Origin: Octopus vulgaris | Lineage: Eukaryota | Assembly (NCBI GenBank): GCA_951406725.2 | Contig: OX597816.1 | Span: forward strand, 90,272,001-90,336,000 | Reading direction: 5' to 3' | DNA: 64,000 nt | Shown here: in pieces, positions 36,796-50,873 of the stretch | Layout: each line of letters starts with the position of its first letter | Position numbering within the stretch: the stretch's first letter is position 1 | Program-made: the position numbers and the translations under genes | Notes under the pieces: model-generated | Database searches by the model: none | Told to the model about the DNA's origin: nothing | The model's input: the letters and a program-made list of their open reading frames with translations, nothing else

Positions 36796-38809
36796 AGCAG
36801 AATCATTATCTTCGAATGTTTCTACGTAAAATAAAAATATATATAAAAGAAAAAGATATAAAAAAAAAACGGGGAAAAAAAGGTAGGGCGGGAACTGAAA
36901 TTTTGAATTGCTGATTTTTTGGCATAATCGGAACCTCCGTTGCAGACAACGTCGAATCTGAAAAAGAAAAGGGGAAAAATGCGAAAAGGAGTGAGGCGCA
37001 TAACCTCCATAAATTCCAAAGATATAAACATGGAATTTCTTTGAATTTTTATCAAATTGACTTTTCTTTCTTGTTGCATCTGCATTTAATACAGGTGTAG
37101 TGGATCTTGCATGCATGAAGTGGATTCGATCCACCACTGCCAAATTTAAATTAACACTGCAACAGAACTTTTCCCACGATGGAACAATGGTTTTTCTGAC
37201 AGCAGTTTTACATTTTCCAGATGCCTTTAGCTAGGCCGAAAAAATGTCTTCACTACTTTATTTCATAAATATTTGCCATGACCCTTTCTAACTTCTACTT
37301 CACCGAAAGCTAGAATAGAGATAACAGGACCACCAACTAAATCTATTGTTCTCGGTGATATATCTATCCTTCTGGATAGTTATATAAGCCAGCACATCCC
37401 AGACAAAAATCAGTTGGTCATAGTCGGTGATGACTCAAAGTGGTCTGGCTGACCAACATTGGTCAGAGAGATAAATGGAGTTTACTGCTAGCAACTGTCA
37501 GACAACACCCTACAATTCTCTCTAGCTCTAATTCTGTTCTCTTACAACATCATTCTATCTGTCCCAGCAATTACTACTAAACAATGAAGAGGATACAAAC
37601 TTTACTTCGCATGCTTTTGGATTTATCACAACCTGCCCGTCGAGGCTAGGTATTTGTAACGTAACGGTAAATAAACTTTCCTTAAAACTTCATACATTGT
37701 TCATCTTTCACATCTTACAACTTGTCGTCATAACAACAAATAAAAAGCCGTTACACAGATGACTATCATATCTATTTTTAAATACAGAGTTCTGAAATAA
37801 AAGTGTTTTCCTTTGACTGAAAGTGTTAAGGAATGGAGAGCTACTAAAAAGCATCGTTAAGTGTGACTTTTGGATCCACCAAATATTTTTAGTTGTACCA
37901 AAAGAGTTTGTCACAAGAATTTTTCATCGCGGAAAAGGACACTTTCTTTCCCCAAAGAAAGTTATCACGCGTGCATATGAGATGGCAAGCATGGAAGTAC
38001 TTTTACACACTCTGGAAACACATTGCAAACACACATGGACAGCTCTTCATGAAATGGCATTGAACAATTAATTATTCGAATCCATATAAAAAAAAATCAC
38101 TGACCATCAATTTTAAGTTTTTGACTTGGAAAACACACATTCTTAGAATTCAGAAACATGTCCATCGAGTAGCAAAGTCTCTTGAACACTGTTATTTAAT
38201 TTCATTTATTTATTGGACTCCTCGAAATGGTTGCATGCACAAATGAAAGGGACGTGTTTACAAAAGTTTCTATTCGACTGAATATATTTTTGTATATCAA
38301 AGAGTTGGAATTTTGGAAAATAAAATTGTTTCACAACTGTTTTTTTTTCCGTATTTGTCAATATGTAATTAAAGAAGAAAAAAAAAAAGGCTGTTATTTT
38401 TATGTATATACCGAATGACCGCTCGCCCCTTTTTCAAGCGTCACAAATCCACCCAAGGACGTGCGGCGGAGGAGTATACTTCCTTGACAAGTACTGAGCA
38501 GATGATATTTAGCAGGCCTCAGTTAGGTCCCTCAACATGTTAAATATTACAGTAAAGTCACCCTCCAGCCATTCAAGGGTTTGGTGGGTAGCATTAGAAA
38601 GCCTAAATAGATTCAGGTTTCTCATAATTAAATCACTGAATTTTTGTCGGGATGAAATATGGAGGAGGCAGGGATAGAAAAAAAAAATCAATCGTGAAAA
38701 GTACGTTGATGGGAGTGAGGTGGGGGCGGAGAGGATTTGTGAAATCTTTATCACGAATTTTTTTTTAAAAAAAGTAAATAAATAAAAGGTTCCCTACATT
38801 GCTTTGAAA

Positions 38810-39700
38810 AGCAGTTAGAAGGGTTAACTTTCTCGACATTACTTGAGATTTAGACTTAGGATTTGTATTTTCCGTACCCCAAACAAAGTTTCCATTACCG
38901 TTCACAAGCAATCCTATCATCATAGAAACGTCATCAATGGACTGGTTTGGAAAATTAATATAGGATCTCCAATCTTTCAGCCAATGAACATATATTCTAC
39001 AATAATGCGGAATATCATAAGGAGGCTCTCAGAGGAGGAGGTTATAGAGTCAATATCAAGTTTATCCCAGAAACCAAGCTAAATTTGGCCCTCAAAGATC
39101 ATACAAACATTAAAAACCCTTGTGGTCCTGAGACGGGGGAGGAACCTTAATCTACACGACGTAGATTGTCAAAAAGAAAGGCTTCCCCCACATCGGAAAA
39201 TGTGGGATACAAAAAATTTGGTAAAAAAACGGGTGACAGGGAACTGAAATTCTGATAATGCTTTTTTATTTTATTTTTACTTGACAAAATCATAATCTCC
39301 TGTTGTTGACCGCAAGAAGGAAAAGGAGTAGTGTGAATGTTCAACACCTTAGAAATTTGGCTGTTGTTTCTTGTATGTGGAGAGACAACGCCCAAGCTCA
39401 ATTCAGGAACTGGTTGGAAATGACTCATGGCATGATTGTGCACGAAGTGGGGTGCGGTGGGGCAACTATATATATATATATATATTTTTTCATTAATATC
39501 GAAAGTTTGAAATGCTGATTTGGTGGTGGTGGGGGGGCATAATAGAAATATTCGTTACCGAAAACATCGGTATCTGAAGAAAATAAGAAAACTGAACGGG
39601 GAATATCCCTAATCCACACCAAATTTTATTGGAAAAAATTTTAAAAACTTTTTTCCAGAGAAATTCGAAAAAGTTATAATAAAGAAATCTTACATAATAT

Positions 39701-39744
<44 letters not shown>

Positions 39745-42700
39745 AAAATGTCTAGAAGGTCCTTTGATTGTAAACCTGCAGTTGAAGAAATAAATGGTAA
39801 AGTTGGGGTGAATTTGTAAAATTTTACCGAAATAGTTATCGATCACCAGGTTCTTGTAACAATGGATAATTAAAGTATCAACATATCATTGTAATTAAAT
39901 GATATACAGAGACACTCGCATCATATTGTCTTCTTTCACAGTTTCTTTTTAGCAAGTTCTGCGACTATTGAAAAGAAGCAGAATATGTAAACTTAAGTCT
40001 ACAGCTCCGAATCTGCACGAATTGGCAGCGCGAGTCTTTTTACAACGTATATAACAAGATGGTTATCGTTTCACACACACTCAAATTAAATATTTTATAG
40101 AAGTAACAGTGACATAAGGGCCAAGAGTTAAATGCATTGACACCTCAGGGAACTCTCGGTCCTTACGTCACTGTACTTCTGCCAAATATTAACGAAAGCA
40201 CACAGACACAGGTGTATGTGTGTGTACGTATGTATGTTTAAGTCAAAAAGTTCAATAAACACGCCGCTTGTTAGCCTCCACAAATATGCTCTATGTGATG
40301 TAACATTTCAACGATCAAAAAATTTCACAGAATTTAAATGTTAAAATAAACTAATGAGTTACTTAAATTATATATAACTCAGTTAAGTTAGAAAACAAGT
40401 TTTAAAAACCTTTTTATGTGGTACGGGTACCTATTACTGAGAAGAAATAGTATTTTACGTAAAAGTACAATGAGTTTCGTTAAGAAAAAGTATTGTCATA
40501 TTTTTGTAACTTTCTGTGAAAAAAAACCGGCTTCCAAAACGAAAGAAAAATAAATTATATTAATATATATGGCTCGTACGTGAAACAAGTCATCTGAAAG
40601 GAAAACAAAGACAAGACTTGTATTCGCGAAATTAAGTAATAACAATTTAGCTTACTTTGGCAGGAAAATTATTACTATCCATGACACTGGATGCGACGGT
40701 TTAGAAATTTATTTGTTGACAAGTCAGGGGGAAAATCTGCGTGTGTGTGTGCGCGCGCACACACGCGCTCACACATACACGTACACACTCACTTACATGC
40801 ACGCGCGCGTGCACACGCACGCACACACACACATACACACACACTTACAAACATACGCGTACACAAGGCGTATCTTTCCTTGACAAATGCAGTTAGAAGA
40901 GTTAACTTTCTCGACTTTACTTGAGATTTAGACTCAGGATTTGTATTTTCCGTACCCCAAAGTTTCCATTACCGTTCACAAGCAATCCTATCATCATAGA
41001 TACGTCATCAATGGATTGGTTTGGAAAATTGATAAGGATCTCCAATCATTCAGCCAATGAACATATATTCTACAATAATGCGGAATATTATAAGGAGGCT
41101 CTCAGAGGAGGAGATTATAGAGTCAGTATTAAGTTTATCCCAGAAACCAAGCTAAATTTGGCCCTCAAAGATCATACAAACATTAAAGATCCTTGTGGTC
41201 CCGAGACGGGGGAGGAACCTTAATCTACACGACGTAGATTGTCAAAAAGAAAGGCTTCCCCCACATCGGAAAATGTGGGATACAAAAAATTTGGTTAAAA
41301 AACGGGTGACAGGGAACTGAAATTCTGATAATGCTTTTTTATTTTCTTTTTACGTGACAAAATCGTAATCTCCCGTTGTTGATCGCAAGAAGGAAAGGGA
41401 GTAGTGTGAATGTTCAACACCTTAGAAATTTGGCTGTTGTTTCTAGCATGTGGAGAGACCACGTCCATGAACTGGTTGGAAATGACTCATGGCATGATTG
41501 TGCACGAAATGGGGTGCAGTGGGGGCAACTATTTTTTTTTCCCATTAATATCGAAAGTTTGAAATGCTGATTTGGGGGGGGGGGGCATAATTGGAATATT
41601 CGTTACCGAAAACATCGGAATCTGAAGAAAATAAGAAAACTGAATGGGGAATTCAATAACTGAATTTGTGAAAATATTTTGATATACACTTATATATATC
41701 AACAGTTATATTCGAATAGTTTTACTTTAGGTGTCATGGGACTATACTTGTTAGAAGAGGGGAAGGAATACATGTAATTAATTTTATAAGCAGCCTATTG
41801 ACCGAGTTTCGCTCGAGTGTGTGAACATTTTTAAAGAATTGAAGTTTTGTAGAATTTCTTTCTGTTTATCAGAATAACAAGCCCCAATATTTAGAACAGA
41901 GAAGTAAAAACTTATAACCAGTTATTGTATTCCAAAATAACGGAGAGTTGACAAAAGAAATGAAAAAATATCAAAGCATTTTTAACTCGTAAACCGTAAC
42001 CATCTACGCTTTTAAAATCCGAAGAAATGAAAAAAACATAAGTGTATCTCTCGGGTGGTGACATCCCTAATCTACACCAAATTTTCGTGAAAAAAATTTA
42101 AAAAATAAAGTGAGAAATGAAGTTACAGCTGATTGTGTTCTTCAATACGGAGGAGGTGGGAAACGAAACATGAAAAAAAAGTTTAAATTTTGAGCTTTCC
42201 AAATTCTAAACACATAGAAATTCGATAAATTATAATAAAGAAATCTTATGTAATATCTGTATATCTACGTGTGTGTGTGTGTGTGCTGAAAATGTTTAGA
42301 AGGTCCTTTGATTGTAAACCTGCAGTTGAAGAAATGGTAAAGTTGGGGTGAACTCGTAAAACTTTACCGAAATAGTTACCGATCACCAGATTCTTTACTT
42401 GTAACAATGGATAATTAAAGTATCAACATATCATTGTAATTAAATGATATACGAAGACTCTCGCATCATCTTGTCTTCTTTCACAGTTTCTTTTTAGCAA
42501 GTTCTGCGACTATTGAAAAGAAGCAGAATATGTAAACTTAAGTCTACAGCTCCGAATCTGCACGAATTGGCAGCGCGAGTCTTTTTACAACGTATATAAC
42601 AAGATGGTTATCGTTTCACACACACTCAAATTAAATATTTTATAGAAGTAACAGTGACATAAGGGCCAAGAGTTAAATGCATTGACACCTCAGGGAACTC

Positions 42701-43280
42701 TCGGTCCTTACGTCACTGTACTTCTGCCAAATATTAACGAAAGCACACAGACACAGGTGTATGTGTGTGTACGTATGTATGTTTAAGTCAAAAAGTTCAA
42801 TAAACACGCCGCTTGTTAGCCTCCACAAATATGCTCTATGTGATGTAACATTTCAACGATCAAAAAATTTCACAGAATTTAAATGTTAAAATAAACTAAT
42901 GAGTTACTTAAATTATATATAACTCAGTTAAGTTAGAAAACAAGTTTTAAAAACCTTTTTATGTGGTACGGGTACCTATTACTGAGAAGAAATAGTATTT
43001 TACGTAAAAGTACAATGAGTTTCGTTAAGAAAAAGTATTGTCATATTTTTGTAACTTTCTGTGAAAAAAAAACCGGCTTCCAAAACGAAAGAAAAATAAA
43101 TTATATTAATATATATGGCTCGTACGTGAAACAAGTCATCTGAAAGGAAAACAAAGACAAGGCTTGTTTTCACGAACTTAAGTAATAACAATTTAGCTTA
43201 CTTTGGCAGGAAAATTATTACTATCCATGATGCTGTGATGTCACTGGATGCGAATATCAGCAACTGCACTAGTGTTTAGA
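38810..43280 (+). repeat. Local tandem duplication (~38810-40720 and ~40889-43280)
   Basis: Collinear blocks. ~39740-40680 and ~42285-43230 are near-identical. The second copy carries ~400 extra bp at ~41650-42060. Confidence 0.92.
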
Positions 43281-43949
43281 AATTTATTTGTTGACAAGTA
43301 GGCGGGAAAGTAGGTCATCTCATTATCTATCTAATATTAAACTTTCTTTTTCGTGCCGAGCAACATATCACGTTACCATAACATTCTATACAAGGTATGG
43401 CACAAAATCTACCAAGCAAACTGGTGGTTGTCTATCTGCATCGACAAAAGTTAATTAATAAAAAAAAAGTTTGTGGATAAACATAAAATACAGTAGTTTG
43501 TTCAGCAAGCCTCTCTACTTTATTTTTATCTACGAACTTTTATGGAAATAGCGGAATAAAAACAAATGACAACTTTACAGATAACTTTTCACAAGAACCA
43601 CTTAATATATTGGGAACTTAAGCGTCAAATGTTCAAGTTTGGGTTAATATACACTTAACAATCGTAAAAAAGTCACAGTAACATGTATTGAGAGAATGAA
43701 ATTTAAAAAATACTTAGAAAATGAAAATGAATTGACAGAAATCAGAAGCGATGACTCTGATTTAAGGACTGTGTAGAACGTACATATATTTATTAAACAT
43801 AAAAACCTTACATATATTTTATATGAGATGGACGGGCAGAAGTCTTTCCGAAAACAATTGCATTCAGGCAGAAACAACTCACTGATGCACAAAATGAGAT
43901 TCGTGAATAGCTTCTCTTGATCTCTAAATTCGTTTCGCTACACATGCAT

Positions 43950-44450
43950 ATGAAGATATGATGTAAACAAATCATTGTTGCCAAAACATTTTGGCGAGCA
44001 TCTAATCACCCTTCTAAAGTCTGTGTATGAACGTTGTCACCGTCTGGATAAACGTAATTCATTGAATGAACAACTTCATGAATATAGGGAGTTGTCGAGA
44101 CTCACAAATGAAGCCTTACCCATTGGATATCAGACACGTTCCTGACAATATCCAATGCTTTACAATGGGCCAGTATTTCACGCATGTGATCAGAGACCTC
44201 AGTTACGCAGCATTTTTCCGTTTCCTTTTCTACTGCATCAAACACTCAGTGCCCTTCATGTCACTCTACTCGGTGACATTTCCGATGTATATATTTGGAT
44301 TCATATTGTTCCACAGCAATTGGACATCCAATTCAGCGAGTTGTTGTGGGTGTGCGTGCAAGCGTAGCTCACAGACATCTCACTTGTCTGCTGTTCAAAA
44401 TTCCCAATTATTTGCAGTTCAAAACACCACTTTGTTCTGTGGATAGTCTC
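43950..44450 (-). pseudogene. Degenerate Merlin (IS1595/ISXO2-type DDE) transposase
   Basis: Minus-strand frames give EGH*VFDAVEKETEKC, PIVKHWILSGTCLISNG and YIHEVVHSMNYVYPDGDNVHTQTLEG, matching the WVFG.VER / I.PGT.I.SD / VNHS..FV.P...HTQ.IE blocks. Confidence 0.82.
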
Positions 44451-45383
44451 TTACCCATATATACATCAGCTGAATTTTGATGGGTGAAGTCATATGGCTC
44501 TTTTCGAAAGAGGCATTGATTCGTGAATTCACAGAAACATTGCCATCTCTTCTAGTCCCTTATTTCTCTACAGTTCAGGTCTATTACATCGCTAGCTTGT
44601 AACTGTGCTTTGATTATCAAATGTCGACCTGCAAGCCTTCGAATTGCCTTCTGAGTAGTGTTTGTTACTGGGTGTAGAATGTGAGCGGTATCCTTCAACA
44701 GCTATTTGGGAAATACTTCCCACATCGCTAAAATTTACTATACATGCAGGTGTCTGTGGATGTGGAATAGAGAGGGTGTTGTTTTTATCCATGAACTTTT
44801 GAGATGTCATTCTCGTCACCTCTCTTTTTTAAAGGCATTTTACTTTCATTTCTTTACGGCGTTAAATTGCATGTTAACCTAAGTTTGAAACTAAACAGCA
44901 GTTGTTTTGTTATACAAGATGCCTGTCAATGTTAACGGTGTTGCTCGCTTCTTACAATACATGCAACACAGCTTTAATCAATACTATTTTTTCCGCCTCT
45001 TCCCCACTAATGTTGGGATATATTAGTTGTAGTAAAACACAAAAAATGATGGAATCAGCGAAGGAACTTCTCAGCAATTATTCAAACTGTTAGAACTAGC
45101 AGCTGTCAAACCATATTCTGTCGTCTTCAGAAAAAGAGCACTGTGGATAAATTGATGCAATAAACCTGAGAGAAACGGAAAACGGGATAGTCATAATTGG
45201 AACACGTTTCATCGTAGCTCAGCCCGACTGGTTTTGACTTTGGGTTAAACAAGGACACACATACATATGCATCGGAAACTCTGGTTACAGACTTCTGCAC
45301 TCAGAAATTGTAAAAGCATGACGACTAATATAGAGATGAAGCCTAAACTTAGGCCTTTACGGAAACTATTTGTTACAATTGTA

Positions 45384-45900
45384 GGAAAGACTTCCGCCCG
45401 TCCCCCAACCATTTCCTCCAAAATTTGTTTATTTAAATATTTTTTTGGCAAAAAATCCCCGTTTTCTGATACGGAGGTTCCGGGAAATCGTCAAAATTCG
45501 CCCCCCAACTTCTTCAACTTTGACTTTTTTCCGCAACACTAACCCGAAAACCCTAACCCTAAGTACAGAAATGTTTTGAAATTTTTGTCCGAATCCTGAT
45601 GTCCGTATTTTTCCGCATATTTCGAAAAGAAAAAATTCTTTAAAAAAAATTTTACAAAGATTTTTGGAAATTTTTTTTCAGAATCATGATCTCTGTATTT
45701 TTCCGCATATTTTGAGAAAAAAAAAATCTGAAAAAAGTTAAAAATGAAGGAAATGGGGGTGGAGGTGGTAATTTAGAAATGTCGATTTTTGCCAATTTTT
45801 TTGCAGATTCGTATTCCCCGTAGCCAAAAAGGTGGTGTTGTGTTGAAAAAAAAGTTTTAAAAAGGGTGGTTTTTGGTGGGGGATGGACAGAAGTCTTGCC
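45384..45900. mobile_element. MITE with GG termini (Merlin-like)
   Basis: TIRs ggaaagacttccgcccgtccccc / gggggatggacagaagtcttgcc. Imperfect 8-bp TSD caattgta / caatttga. Confidence 0.7.
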
Positions 45901-47034
45901 CAATTTGAAAGACTTCCGCCCTGTAAAATTTAAAATTATACATATACATTTTTACCAATACTTGCACATTTCTTTCTTCCAAATTCTTGGTTCCTATGAC
46001 TTGTAACAGCTACTCATTTCCTTTTGCTGCTCCAGCTTGTTTGTGCATATGCTAATTCAACTGACTTTTAATCATACAGCTCCCACCCCTTCATTTTCTC
46101 ATTTCCATTCTTGGCGTTAGAAAGGGCATCCAGCTGTAGAAACTCTGCCAGATGAAGATTGAAGCCTGGTGCAGCCATCAGGTTCGCCAGTCCTCAGTCA
46201 TACGTCCAACCCACGCTAGCATGGAAAGTGGATGTTAAACGATGATGATGATGATGATTCTTACATCAGAAATAATAAGACCATTACTTTTTGCAAATAC
46301 AGGACATACCTGCTTTCGTTGGGTGTTCCTGCTTTACCATTTGGTGAGAATTTTCTTGTCTGTCATTGTCATTGCTGGATTCAACAATAAAAGTGTACTT
46401 TTACTCATATTAGCTAAGCACTGGTGAAAGAAGGAAGGATTGTGCTGGATTTTAAATTTGATGTTTTAGAAAAAGAGTAAAAAACTCAGTCATATTGCAA
46501 AAGCATTAAGATTTGCAATGTCTAAAGTGGGACAATACATGACAATAAATAAAGCCTTGTTATCTTTTAACTACTCAGACAACTGCTTTTTCAGAGATGT
46601 AATATTTAATGGTTTCTAAATGCATGTGACAATCAGACTGGATATAATATGCTGATTAACATGAGATCATTTAAGTGAAAGCAAGATATTTGTTTGTAGA
46701 AAGAGGAAAGTGCAATTTCCAATGCAAACATTCTCTGGCTTGTAAATGTGGGTTTGAAAGGTTTAGAAGCTCTTTAATTTGCACAACATTAGCATGACTA
46801 ATGAAGATACCAATGTTGATATAAGTTATCCTGTGGAGCTGAAGAAAAGGATTGTAAAAGAGGGCTGCATGGTAAAACAAGGGAATAACATCAATGAGAC
46901 TGAGCTGTCTTAAAAGTGTATGCCTGCTAAGATTCTTATTTCTTGTGAAGAAAATCAGCAGTAAGCTGTAAAGCTTCCAGAATTTGTCTGATACTTCTTG
47001 TGGGTGAAAATATGAAATTAAAGCCTAAAAATTG

Positions 47035-47460
47035 GAAGGCTTTCAAGAACTATGTTACTTTTAATTTACCTTTGATTTAGCATTCAAATAAGACTGGCAA
47101 ATATTTTTGCCCTGCGGTAAAAAAAAAACGAAAGATCAATGTCAGACAATATATCCAACTAAACATTGATCATTTAGACAATGTACCAAACTATGTAGAG
47201 TTTAAAATAATTGCCAAGTTAATGGTCAATGCAACACAGAGACCATGGCCTATAAAGCAGAAGTAGTACTGATCAAGACCAATGGAACAAAGCATATACT
47301 GAAATACATCTGGGCAGCAGAAGATCCCTTTAAGGCTAGGCTGAATATTCTCAAATCTTATTTTAGGATCCAGAAAGGCATAATGTCACAACTTTAGCTT
47401 GCCATATATGGCAATTAAAAGAGGATGCAATGATATATAACATGGACTTGTAAGTAGGAA
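47035..47460 (+). mobile_element. PLE (Neptune-like) Cys-linker and GIY-YIG remnant
   Basis: CRV*NNCQVNGQCNTETMAYKAEV...KYIWAAEDPFKARLN...TTLACHIWQLKE. Confidence 0.7.
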
Positions 47461-47799
47461 ATGTGAATACTACATGAAGAGAATCATTCTAAAATACGTG
47501 TATGATTCACACACTTTCTTGAATTCAAATTGCAAAATTTTCAGATACTGCCTTCATGAGCACAAACTTGATTTTTCAACATGGTTATGTCTCTTTTTAA
47601 ACTAGAGAATGTTACACATACAGCCTACATACTTCACTCATGGATAATATCAATCCAGAGGAAATAATTTCTCTTTCTTCTCAAAAATATTTTTCACTAA
47701 ATCCCATTTTATCCTTTTGATGCTACTAAACAAATGTAGAGTTTGTGTACCTCAAGTACTAAAGAGGCTATATACTTTAGCCAGAATGTCTGAAGAGTC

Positions 47800-48030
47800 A
47801 TCGATATTGTGTAACATCTCCTTACTAGTCACTGCAACAGAAAAACAGTTGTATATGAAGAAGGGGTAATGACAAAGGACACCAAAGAGCAGTCAAATGT
47901 AAGGAAGAATATAGGCATGATAGAAGTTGCTTTCAGAACCAGATTCAGCAACCATAAATCTGACGTTAATATTCAGGAGAGACACAGTGTCATATCTCTG
48001 GCTGAGTATATATGGTTGTTGAAAGAAAGC
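47800..48030 (+). mobile_element. Second PLE GIY-YIG remnant
   Basis: VVYE...RKNIGMIEVAFRTRFSNHKSD...SLAEYIWLLKE. Confidence 0.7.
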
Positions 48031-50457
48031 ACCATGGATTTGTGAGTGGATTTGGTAGATGGAAACTGAAAGAAGCTTGTTGTATATATATATATTTAAG
48101 TGTGTGTACCTTTGTGTTTGTCCCCCTCACCATCACTTGACAACTGATGTTGGTGTGTTTATGTCCCCGTAACTAGTTCAGCAAAAGAGACTGAAAGATG
48201 GGATTGGTTTGTTTGACTAAAACCCTTTAAGGCGGTGCTCAAGCATGGCCACAGTCAAATAACTGAAACATGTAAAAGGATAATTGTATTGAACCACTCT
48301 TCAGTGTTTTAAAATGTTTCTTAATCTCCTGTGACGCATTGATGACTGTGGACATCTTAGCATCTGGAACTGTGACATCATAACCTCCTCTCTGACACTG
48401 AATGATCTCATGAAGTTTCATATTTTTCTTGTCACAAGTTCAAAACTTCAAATATATTTAACTTTTATGTATAACAAATGCAATGAATGACAATGCAATT
48501 ATGCATATTGTAGCTAATAAAATATTTTGTGCAATATGAGCAAAATTAGGACACATTTATTCAACTTGTCTCTTGATAACTGAAATTATATAATGAATCA
48601 AAGACCATTGCCCCAGTTCAAATTATTATAATGTATTCTTGTCACATGCTGGTATTATCTTTTGGAGTATAAACAAACATAGAAATGCTTCATGACTTTC
48701 TAGTGCAACCCAATCACCTCATGATATCTGTATAGAATATCTAATCAACGAGAATTAGATGCCTGCCCGTCATATGTAACAAAGTAAGTTTAAGTTGCTT
48801 TTTCATTTTATTAGGAGGGGTTATATCGTGTTAAAGATTGCTGAGAGAAATTATCATAGATTTTTTTTTTTTCAGATGAAGAATGCCATGGAAAAAATAG
48901 TAAGGAAAAGAAACTAGTTAGGTGGGATAGAAAGATAAAAGAAGTTTCAAATTGAGGAAAAGAATTATCAGAAACCAGAGATTATATGTCTACTGAAAAT
49001 TCTTAGTTGAGAAATCTTAAGATTTCATGACCTCCTTGAGGACATTCACAATGGTGAAAGGAATTGGTGTAACAGAGATGGAATTCTCTCAAGGCATGCT
49101 ACCTACCTTCATGGAGATGGAGATGGTGTCCAGACTTATAGAACTGCACTGGAAGTGGAATCCTTTAAGGACTTGCTAGCACCTTCATTTGGCCTAGGAG
49201 CTAGTGATAATACCTTGGCTGCTGCAGCTTCACAGCCAGTAGAAGTAGAGCCTTCAGAAGATATGTCCATTTCAGAAGACTAAGAAGGACTATGTGTGAT
49301 CAGTGACATATGTATGAAGTACTTAGCAGATCATCTATCTTGTGGAACATGTATAACATTAAATCTTGTTCATCATCTTGTTGAGTTAGGTTCTTGTTCA
49401 TATTGAGTTTTGCAAAAGATGAAGTTTAGTGCAGTTGTGTGCAAGAAACAAGCTAAAAGTGGGTGTGTTAATTTACAAAGAGCAAACATTAGATGAATAT
49501 AATGATCCAAAACTGATTGCAAGACGTTTGTTAAGGACACAGAAAATTTTGAAAGATATGAAAAATTAAAATAAAATAAAAAAGAAAGAAAAATGAAACA
49601 GAGAAAGATCTTGCCCTTACTAACTTTCATTTGTACAACATCAGAACTGTTTTTTGTAACATTAGAAATGGAAGAGCTAGAGAAACATATTACTATGGAA
49701 GTGGTTTTCTATTTGAGAAAACACGACGATCTCAAATATCCAGATTTAGTTATCCCAGATACAAATAAATGCAATTTTTTTTTAACTTAAAGTGTTTGCT
49801 CCATTACTGGAGCAACATTTATTACCAAGAGATCAAAATGCCACAACATATTTCAAACCTGACAAACAAAGTGATCTAATTCAGTTTCTTATCAGCCCAG
49901 ATTCAATCACAGATAATAGCAGAAATTAAGTGGCTAAACACTTCCTATAATTACTGATAATAATATTGTTATTAGTCCAACAGTTCAGTTTTATTTATCA
50001 ATCACAATTAAGCACTATCACTTAATTGTGATTGGTACATATGGCTAATGTAAGATCAAAAAAGATTAGGATTGATAGCTAACACTTTGAAGACATCAGG
50101 CATACAGATGAAATCCTTTCAGCTCTTGCCAATGGAAACAAAATTTACATTAAAATGAAACTAAAAGTTTTATTAATTAAGTTTTAGGCAATAGGACCAG
50201 ATTTGAATAGATATGAACATAAAATCTAATCATGACACATTAGTTACTTCATTTATATATATAAATTCAAAAGTATTAACCAAATATATCATGTATACTT
50301 TTGAATTTATGCATAACTGGAAGGAAAAATCCTTATTCACCTTAGTAAGTATGTGTGAGTGTCCATACACACTGTTAGTGCAGAGGTATGCTATCCCCAA
50401 CTCTACCTTGGTGCCTTTGTTATTAAAATACCTTGAGTTTATTGGATCCTGAAAAGT

Positions 50458-50497
<40 letters not shown>

Positions 50498-50873
50498 GTG
50501 AAATTTAACTTGTGACTAAGACCATTTTCTAAACTCAGTAAGTCCATGTAGATGTTTCAAGAGTTCAGAACGTCCCTGTATATGAATTAGCTTTGAGTGA
50601 GTAAAGTGTTACACACCACTGAACCCACTTTTCAGTGCAATCAGCTATAACACCAGTGGCACAGTAGAGGTTGAGATGACCAGAAACAAACTGCACTTCA
50701 TCATCATCATCATCATCATCGTTTAACGTCCGCTTTCCATGCTAGCATGGGTTGGACGGTTCAACTGGGGTCTGGGGAGCCCGAAGGCTGCACCAGGCCA
50801 GTCAGATCTGGCAGTGTTTCTACAGCTGGATGCCCTTCCTAACGCCAACCACTCCGAGAGTGTAGTGGGTGAT

